Shown: in pieces, positions 54,524 to 64,000 of the stretch
How positions within the stretch are numbered: position 1 is the first letter of the stretch
Layout: the number at the start of each line of letters is the position of its first letter
Assembly (NCBI GenBank): GCA_964247055.1
Contig: OZ176052.1
Span: forward strand, 13,888,001-13,952,000
Length of the DNA stretch: 64,000 nucleotides
From: Paragordius varius
Lineage: Eukaryota; Animalia; Nematomorpha
Reading direction: 5' to 3'
Notes under the pieces: generated by a model
Seen by the model: the letters and a program-made list of their open reading frames with translations, nothing else
What the model was told of the DNA's origin: nothing
Database searches by the model: none
Made by a program: the position numbers and the translations under genes

Positions 54524-56930
54524 TACTCCGATCTCGAAAATATTTGGGGTGGATGGAACTACCATAGGGCTACCCAAAAAAAATTATAGTGACATCACCT
54601 GATCAAATTTGGATTTTAGGTAGCCATTTTTATTTTTAAAATCGTATAAAATAAATTTTTTAAATATTTAAAAAATTCATAAAAATTACATTTATAGTCC
54701 GATCCCCAAAATATTTGGGGTGATGATGGAACAACCATAGGGCTACGCAAAAAAAATTTTGGTGACATCACCTGATCAAATTTGGATTTTAGGTAGCCAT
54801 TTTTATTTTTAAAATCGTATAAAATAAATTTTTTAAATATTTAAAAAATTCATAAAAATTACATTTATAGTCCGACCCCCAAAATATTTGGGGTGATGAT
54901 GGAACTACCATAGGGCTACCCAAAAAAAATTATGGTGACATCACCTGATCAAATTTGGATTTTAGGTAGCCATTTTTATTTTTAAAATCGTATAAAATAA
55001 ATTTTTTAAATATTTAAAAAATTCATAAAAATTACATTTATACTCCGATCTCGAAAATATTTGGGGTGATGATGGAACTACCATAGGGCGACCCAAAAAA
55101 AATTATGGTGACATCACCTGATCAAATTTGGATTTTAGGTAGCCATTTTTATTTTTAAAATCGTATAAAATAAATTTTTTAAATATTTAAAAAATTCATA
55201 AAAATTACATTTATACTCCGATCTCGAAAATATTTGGGGTGGATGGAACTACCATAGGGCTACCCAAAAAAAATTATAGTGACATCACCTGATCAAATTT
55301 GGATTTTAGGTAGCCATTTTTATTTTTAAAATCGTATAAAATAAATTTTTTAAATATTTAAAAAATTCATAAAAATTACATTTATAGTCCGATCCCCAAA
55401 ATATTTGGGGTGATGATGGAACAACCATAGGGCTACGCAAAAAAAATTTTGGTGACATGACCTGATCAAATTTGGATTTTAGGTAGCCATTTTTATTTTT
55501 AAAATCGTATAAAATAAATTTTTTAAATATTTAAAAAATTCATAAAAATTACATTTATAGTCCGATCCCCAAAATATTTGGGGTGATGATGGAACTACCA
55601 TAGGGCTACGCAAAAAAAATTATGGTGACATCACCTGATCAAATTTGGATTTTAGGTAGCCATTTTTATTTTTAAAATCGTATAAAATAAATTTTTTAAA
55701 TATTTAAAAAATTCATAAAAATTACATTTATAGTCCGATCCCCAAAATATTTGGGGTGATGATGGAACTACCATAGGGCTACCCAAAAAAAATTATGGTG
55801 ACATCACCTGATCAAATTTGGATTTTAGGTAGCCATTTTTATTTTTAAAATCGTATAAAATAAATTTTTTAAATATTTAAAAAATTCATAAAAATTACAT
55901 TTATACTCCGATCTCGAAAATATTTGGGGTGGATGGAACTACCATAGGGCTACCCAAAAAAAATTATAGTGACATCACCTGATCAAATTCAGATTTTAGG
56001 TAGCCATTTTTATTTTTAAAATCGTATAAAATAAATTTTTTAAATATTTAAAAAATTCATAAAAATTACATTTATAGTCCGATCCCCAAAATATTTGGGG
56101 TGATGATGGAACTACCATAGGGCTACCCAAAAAAAATTATTGTGACATCACCTGATCAAATTTGGATTTTAGGTAGCCATTTTTATTTTTAAAATCGTAT
56201 AAAATAAATTTTTTAAATATTTAAAAAATTCATAAAAATTACATTTATAGTCCGATCCCCAAAATATTTGGGGTGATGATGGAACTACCATAGGGCTACC
56301 CAAAAAAAATTATGGTGACATCACCTGATCAAATTTGGATTTTAGGTAGCCATTTTTATTTTTAAAATCGTATAAAATAAATTTTTTAAATATTTAAAAA
56401 ATTCATAAAAATTACATTTATACTCCGATCTCGAAAATATTTGGGGTGGATGGAACTACCATAGGGCTACCCAAAAAAAATTATAGTGACATCACCTGAT
56501 CAAATTTGGATTTTAGGTAGCCATTTTTATTTTTAAAATCGTATAAAATAAATTTTTTAAATATTTAAAAAATTCATAAAAATTACATTTATAGTCCGAT
56601 CCCCAAAATATTTGGGGTGATGATGGAACTACCATAGGGCTACCCAAAAAAAATTATGGTGACATCACCTGATCAAATTTGGATTTTAGGTAGCCATTTT
56701 TATTTTTAAAATCGTATAAAATAAATTTTTTAAATATTTAAAAAATTCATAAAAATTACATTTATGCTCCGATCTCGAAAATATTTGGGGTGGATGGAAC
56801 TACCATAGGGCTACCCAAAAAAAATTATAGTGACATCACCTGATCAAATTTGGATTTTAGGTAGCCATTTTTATTTTTAAAATCGTATAAAATAAATTTT
56901 TTAAATATTTAAAAAATTCATAAAAATTAC
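54524..56930 (+). repeat. 4-monomer HOR (period 690 bp, ~3 copies) decaying to 3- and 2-monomer spacing
   Basis: 2-bp deletion marker GGGGTGGATGG at 54551, 55241, 55931, 56448, 56792. Confidence 0.85.
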
Positions 56931-59900
56931 ATTTATACTCCGATCTCAAAAATATTTGGGGTGATGATGGAACTACCATAGGGCTACCCAAAAAAAATTA
57001 TGGCGACATCACCTGATCAAATTTGGATTATAGGTAGCCATTTATATTTTTAAAATCGTAAAAAATAAATTTTTTAAATTTTTAAAAAATTCATAAAAAT
57101 TACATTTATACTCCGATCTCGAAAATATTTGGGGTGATGATGGAACTACCATAGGGCTACGCAAAAAAAATTATGGTGACATCACCTGATCAAATTTGGA
57201 TTTTAGGTAGCCATTTTTATTTTTAAAATCGTATAAAATAAATTTTTTAAATATTTAAAAAATTCATAAAAATTACATATATAGTCCGATCCCCAAAGTA
57301 TTTGGGGTGATGATGGAACTACCATAGGGCTACCCAAAAAAAATTATGGCGACATCACCTGATCAAATTTGGATTTTAGGTAGCCATTTTTATTTTTAAA
57401 ATCGTATAAAATAAATTTTTTAAATATTTAAAAAATTCATAAAAATTACATTTATAGTCCGATCTCGACAATATTTGGGGTGATGATGGAATTACCATAG
57501 GGCTACCCAAAAAAAATTATGGTGACATCACCTGATCAAATTTGGATTTTAGGTAGCCATTTTTATTTTTAAAATCGTATAAAATAAATTTTTTAAATAT
57601 TTAAAAAATTCATAAAAATTACATTTATACTCCGATCTCGAAAATATTTGGGGTGATGATGGAACTACCATAGGGCTACCCAAAAAAAATTATAGTGACA
57701 TCACCTGATCAAATTTGGATTTTAGGTAGCCATTTTTATTTTTAAAATCGTATAAAATAAATTTTTTAAATATTTAAAAAATTCATAAAAGTTACATTTA
57801 TAGTCCGATCCCCAAAATATTTGTGGTGATGATGGAACTACCATAGGGCTACCCAAAAAAAATTATGGTGACATCACCTGATCAAATTTGGATTTTAGGT
57901 AGCCATTTTTATTTTTAAAATCGTATAAAATAAATTTTTTAAATATTTAAAAAATTCAAAAAAATTACATTTATACTCCGATCTCGACAATATTTGGGGT
58001 GATGATGGAATTATAGGGCTACCCAAAAAAAATTATGGTGACATCACCTGATCAAATTTGGATTTTAGGTAGCCATTTTTATTTTTAAAATCGTATAAAA
58101 TAAATTTTTTAAATATTTAAAAAATTCATAAAAATTACATTTATACTCCGATCTCGAAAATATTTGGGGTGATGATGGAACTACCATAGGGCTACCCAAA
58201 AAAAATTATGGTGACATCACCTGATCAAATTTGGATTTTAGGTAGCCATTTTTATTTTTAAAATCGTATAAAATAAATTTTTTAAATATTTAAAAAATTC
58301 ATAAAAATTACATTTATAGTCCGATCCCCAAAATATTTGGGGTGATGATGGAATTACCATAGGGCTACCCAAAAAAAATTATGGTGACATCACCTGATCA
58401 AATTTGGATTTTAGGTAGCCATTTTTATTTTTAAAATCGTATAAAATAAATTTTTTAAATATTTAAAAAATTCATAAAAATTACATTTATACTCCGATCT
58501 CGAAAATATTTGGGGTGATGATGGAACTACCATAGGGCTATGCAAAAAAAATTATGGTGACATCACCTGATCATATTTGGATTTTAGGTAGCCATTTTTA
58601 TTTTTAAAATCGTATAAAATAAATTTTTTAAATATTTAAAAAATTCATATAAATTACATTTATACTCCGATCTCGAAAATATTTGGGGTGATGATGGAAC
58701 TACCATAGGGCTACCCAAAAAAAATTATGGTGACATCACCTGATCAAATTTGGATTTTAGGTAGCCATTTTTATTTTTAAAATCGTATAAAATAAATTTT
58801 TTAAATATTTAAAAAATTCATAAAAATTACATTTATACTCCGATCTCGAAAATATTTGGGGTGATGATGGAACTACCATAGGGCTACCCAAAAAAAATTA
58901 TAGTGACATCACCTGATCAAATTTGGATTTTAGGTAGCCATTTTTATCTTAAAATCGTATAAAATAAATTTTTTAAATATTTAAAAAATTCATAAAAATT
59001 ACATTTATAGTCCGATCCCCAAAATAATTGGGGTGATGATGGAACTACCATAGTGCTACCCAAAAAAAATTATGGTGACATCACCTGATCAAATTTGGAT
59101 TTTAGGTAGCCATTTTTATTTTTAAAATCGTATAAAATAAATTTTTTAAATATTTAAAAAATTCATAAAAATTACATTTATACTCCGATCTCGAAAATAT
59201 TTGGGGTGATGATGGAACTACCATAGGGCTACCCAAAAAAAATTATAGTGACATCACCTGATAAAATTTGGATTTTAGGTAGCCATTTTTATTTTTAAAA
59301 TCGTATAAAATAAATTTTTTAAATATTTAAAAAATTCATAAAAATTACATTTATAGTCCGATCCCCAAAGTATTTGGGGTGATGATGGAACTACCATAGG
59401 GCTACCCAAAAAAAATTATGGTGACATCACCTGATCAAATTTGGATTTTAGGTAGCCATTTTTATTTTTAAAATCGTATAAAATAAATTTTTTAAATATT
59501 TAAAAAATTCATAAAAATTACATTTATACTCCGATCTCGAAAATATTTGGGGTGATGATGGAACTACCATAGGGCTACCCAAAAAAAATTATAGTGACAT
59601 CACCTGATCAAATTTGGATTTTAGGTAGCCATTTTTATTTTTAAAATCGTATAAAATAATTTTTTTAAATATTTAAAAAATTGATAAAAATTACATTTAT
59701 AGTCCGATCCCCAAAATATTTGGGGTGATGATGGAACTACCATAGGGCTACCCAAAAAAAATTATGGTGACATCACCTGATCAAATTTGGATTTTAGGTA
59801 GCCATTTTTATTTTTAAAATCGTATAAAATAAATTTTTTAAATATTTAAAAAATTCATAAAAATTACATTTATACTCCGATCTCGAAAATATTTGGGGTG

Positions 59901-60906
59901 GATGGAACTACCATAGGGCTAACCAAAAAAAATTATAGTGACATCACCTGATCAAATTTGGATTTTAGGTAGCCATTTTTATTTTTAAAATCGTATAAAA
60001 TAAATTTTTTAAATATTTAAAAAATTCATAAAAATTACATTTATACTCCGATCTCAAAAATATTTGGGGTGATGATGGAACTACCATAGGGCTACCCAAA
60101 AAAAATTATGGCGACATCACCTGATCAAATTTGGATTATAGGTAGCCATTTTTATTTTTAAAATCGTAAAAAATAAATTTTTTAAATTTTTAAAAAATTC
60201 ATAAAAATAACATTTATACTCCGATCTCGAAAATATTTGGGGTGATGATGGAATTACCATAGGGCTACCCAAAAAAAATTATGGTGACATCACCTGATCA
60301 AATTTGGATTTTAGGTAGCAATTTTTATTTTTAAAATCGTATAAAATAAATTTTTTAAATATTTAAAAAATTCATAAAATTACATTTATACTCCGATCTC
60401 GAAAATATTTGGGGTGATGATGGAACTACCATAGGGCTACCCAAAAAAAATTATGGTGACATCACCTGATCAAATTTGGATTTTAGGTAGCCATTTTTAT
60501 TTTTAAAATCGTATAAAATAAATTTTTTAAATATTTAAAAAATTCATAAAAATTACATTTATACTCCGATCTCGAAAATATTTGGGGTGATGATGGAACT
60601 ACCATAGGGCTACCCAAAAAAAATTATAGTGACATCACCTGATCAAATTTGGATTTTAGGTAGCCATTTTTATCTTAAAATCGTATAAAATAAATTTTTT
60701 AAATATTTAAAAAATTCATAAAAATTACATTTATAGTCCGATCCCCAAAATATTTGGGGTGATGATGGAACTACCATAGGGCTACCCAAAAAAAATTATA
60801 GTGACATCACCTGATCAAATTTGGATTTTAGGTAGCCATTTTTATTTTTAAAATCGTATAAACTAAATTTTTTAAATATTTAAAAAATTCATAAAAATTA
60901 CATTTA

Positions 60907-63670
60907 TAGTCCGATCCCCAAAATATTTGAGGTGATGATGGAACAACCATAGGGCTACGCAAAAAAAATTATGGCGACATCACCTGATCAAATTTGGATT
61001 TTAGGTAGCCATTTTTATTTTTAAAATCGTATAAAATAAATTTTTTAAATATTTAAAAAATTCAAAAAAATTACATTTATACTCCGATCTCGAAAATATT
61101 TGGGGTGATGATGGAACTACCATAGGGCTAACCAAAAAAAATTATGGCGACATCACCTGATCAAATTTGGATTTTAGGTAGCCATTTTTATTTTTAAAAT
61201 CGTATTAAATAAATTTTTTAAATATTTAAAAAATTCATAAAAATTACATTTATACTCCGATCTCGAAAATATTTGGGGTGATGATGGAACTACCATAGGG
61301 CTACCCAAAAAAAATTATAGTGACATCACCTGATCAAATTTGGATTTTAGGTAACCATTTTTATTTTTAATATCGTATAAAATAAATTTTTTAAATATTT
61401 AAAAAATTCATAAAAATTACATTTATACTCCGATCTCGAAAATATTTGGGTTGATGATGGAATTACCATAGGGCTACCCAAAAAAAATTATGGTGACATC
61501 ACCTGATCAAATTTGGATTTTAGGGAGCCATTTTTATTTTTAAAATCGTATAAAATAAATTTTTTAAATATTTAAAAAATTCAAAAAAATTACATTTATA
61601 CTCCGATCTCGAAAATATTTGGGGTGATGATGGAACTACCATAGGGCTACCCAAAAAAATTATGGCGACATCACCTGATCAAATTTGGATTTTAGGTAGC
61701 CATTTTTATTTTTAAAATCGTATAAAATAAATTTTTTAAATGTTTAAAAAATTCATAAAAATTACATTTATAGTCCGATCCCCAAAATATTTGGGGTGAT
61801 GATGGAATTACCATAGGGCTACCCAAAAAAAATTATGGTGACATCACCTGATCAAATTTGGATTTTAGGTAGCCATTTTTATTTTTAAAATCGTATAAAA
61901 TAAATTTTTTAAATATTTAAAAAATTCATAAAAATTACATTTATAGTCCGATCCCCAAAATATTTGAGGTGATGATGGAACAACCATAGGGCTACGCAAA
62001 AAAAATTATGGCGACATCACCTGATCAAATTTGGATTTTAGGTAGCCATTTTTATTTTTAAAATCGTATAAAATAAATTTTTTAAATATTTAAAAAATTC
62101 AAAAAAATTACATTTATACTCCGATCTCGAAAATATTTGGGGTGATGATGGAACTACCATAGGGCTAACCAAAAAAAATTATGGCGACATCACCTGATCA
62201 AATTTGGATTTTAGGTAGCCATTTTTATTTTTAAAATCGTATAAAATAAATTTTTTAAATATTTAAAAAATTCATAAAAATTACATTTATACTCCGATCT
62301 CGAAAATATTTGGGGTGATGATGGAACTACCATAGGGCTACCCAAAAAAAATTATAGTGACATCACCTGATCAAATTTGGATTTTAGGTAACCATTTTTA
62401 TTTTTAATATCGTATAAAATAAATTTTTTAAATATTTAAAAAATTCATAAAAATTACATTTATACTCCGATCTCGAAAATATTTGGGTTGATGATGGAAT
62501 TACCATAGGGCTACCCAAAAAAAATTATGGTGACATCACCTGATCAAATTTGGATTTTAGGGAGCCATTTTTATTTTTAAAATCGTATAAAATAAATTTT
62601 TTAAATATTTAAAAAATTCAAAAAAATTACATTTATACTCCGATCTCGAAAATATTTGGGGTGATGATGGAACTACCATAGGGCTACCCAAAAAAATTAT
62701 GGCGACATCACCTGATCAAATTTGGATTTTAGGTAGCCATTTTTATTTTTAAAATCGTATAAAATAAATTTTTTAAATGTTTAAAAAATTCATAAAAATT
62801 ACATTTATAGTCCGATCCCCAAAATATTTGGGGTGATGATGGAATTACCATAGGGCTACCCAAAAAAAATTATGGTGACATCACCTGATCAAATTTGGAT
62901 TTTAGGTAGCCATTTTTATTTTTAAAATCGTATAAAATAAATTTTTTAAATATTTAAAAAATTCATAAAAATTACATTTATAGTCCGATCCCCAAAATAT
63001 TTGAGGTGATGATGGAACAACCATAGGGCTACGCAAAAAAAATTATGGCGACATCACCTGATCAAATTTGGATTTTAGGTAGCCATTTTTATTTTTAAAA
63101 TCGTATAAAATAAATTTTTTAAATATTTAAAAAATTCAAAAAAATTACATTTATACTCCGATCTCGAAAATATTTGGGGTGATGATGGAATTACCATAGG
63201 GCTAACCAAAAAAAATTATGGCGACATCACCTGATCAAATTTGGATTTTAGGTAGCCATTTTTATTTTTAAAATCGTATAAAATAAATTTTTTAAATATT
63301 TAAAAAATTCATAAAAATTACATTTATACTCCGATCTCGAAAATATTTGGGGTGATGATGGAACTACCATAGGGCTACCCAAAAAAAATTATAGTGACAT
63401 CACCTGATCAAATTTGGATTTTAGGTAACCATTTTTATTTTTAATATCGTATAAAATAAATTTTTTAAATATTTAAAAAATTCATAAAAATTACATTTAT
63501 ACTCCGATCTCGAAAATATTTGGGTTGATGATGGAACTACCATAGGGCTACCCAAAAAAAATTATAGTGACATCACCTGATCAAATTTGGATTTTAGGTA
63601 GCCATTTTTATTTTTAAAATCGTATAAAATAAATTTTTTAAATATTTAAAAAATTCATAAAAATTACATT
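60907..63670 (+). repeat. 6-monomer HOR, ~2.6 copies (period 1037 bp)
   Basis: Unit starts at 60907/61944/62981; GGGTTGATG at 61451/62488/63525; TAGGGAGCC at 61525/62562; AAATGTTT at 61742/62779. Confidence 0.93.
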
Positions 63671-64000
63671 TATACTCCGATCTCGAAAATATTTGGGGTG
63701 ATGATGGAACTACCATAGGGCTACGCAAAAAAAATTATAGTGACATCACCTGATCAAATTTGGATTTTAGGTAGCCATTTTTATTTTTAAAATCGTATAA
63801 AATAAATTTTTTAAATATTTAAAAAATTCATAAAAATTACATTTATACTCCGATCTCAATATTTGGAGTGATGATGGAACTACCATAGGGCTACCCAAAA
63901 AAAATTATGGTGACATCACCTGATCAAATTTGGATTTTAGGTAGCCATTTTTATTTTTAAAATCGTATAAAATAAATTTTTTAAATATTTAAAAAATTCA

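Larger units (their letters stand above)
1..64000 (+). repeat. Tandem satellite DNA array, ~173-bp AT-rich monomer, ~370 head-to-tail copies, continuing beyond both window edges
   Basis: Monomer starts at 1, 174, 347 (period 173). Consensus TA(G/C)TCCGATC(CCC/TCG)AAAATATTTGGGGTGATGATGGAACTACCATAGGGCTACCCA8TTATGGTGACATCACCTGATCAAATTTGGATTTTAGGTAGCCATTTTTATTTTTAAAATCGTATAAAATAAATTTTTTAAATATTTAAAAAATTCATAAAAATTACATTTA recurs without interruption to 64000; 45/173 G+C by hand count. Family and host not recognised. Confidence 0.99.

Noticed and set aside
1-64000. CRISPR array
   Set aside because: No unique spacers; the whole unit is repeated.
1-64000. CpG decay as evidence for or against 5mC methylation
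   Set aside because: CpG sites show both transitions (CCAAT, CTCAAAA, TCATAT) and transversions (CTCTAC, AATGGT, TCCTA) in small numbers; inconclusive without counts or methylation data.
1-64000. Assignment to a named satellite family or species
   Set aside because: I do not recognise the consensus; ~170-bp AT-rich satellites occur in many lineages.

Overview
The whole 64 kb window is one uninterrupted head-to-tail tandem array (satellite DNA) of an AT-rich ~173-bp monomer (~26% GC, ~370 copies, all in one orientation) that runs off both window edges. I found no genes, RNA genes, transposon insertions, inversions or unique spacers. The host and satellite family cannot be assigned from sequence alone; monomer size and A-tract content fit eukaryotic centromeric or heterochromatic satellite. 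The monomer has a ~104-bp moderately GC-rich half full of nested inverted repeats and a ~69-bp almost pure A/T half with a perfect 24-bp palindrome. Diagnostic SNPs and indels reveal a patchwork of local higher-order repeats (HORs) with periods of 2, 4, 6, 7, 8, 10/11, 12, 13 and 16 monomers, plus cassettes reused over long distances. The most interesting observations: two main monomer classes differ at positions that make or break one hairpin; a compensatory double change restores that hairpin in ~18 copies; several other variants perfect quasi-palindromes; and each monomer has a box C/D-like motif layout (speculative). All periods were measured by hand from marker positions.
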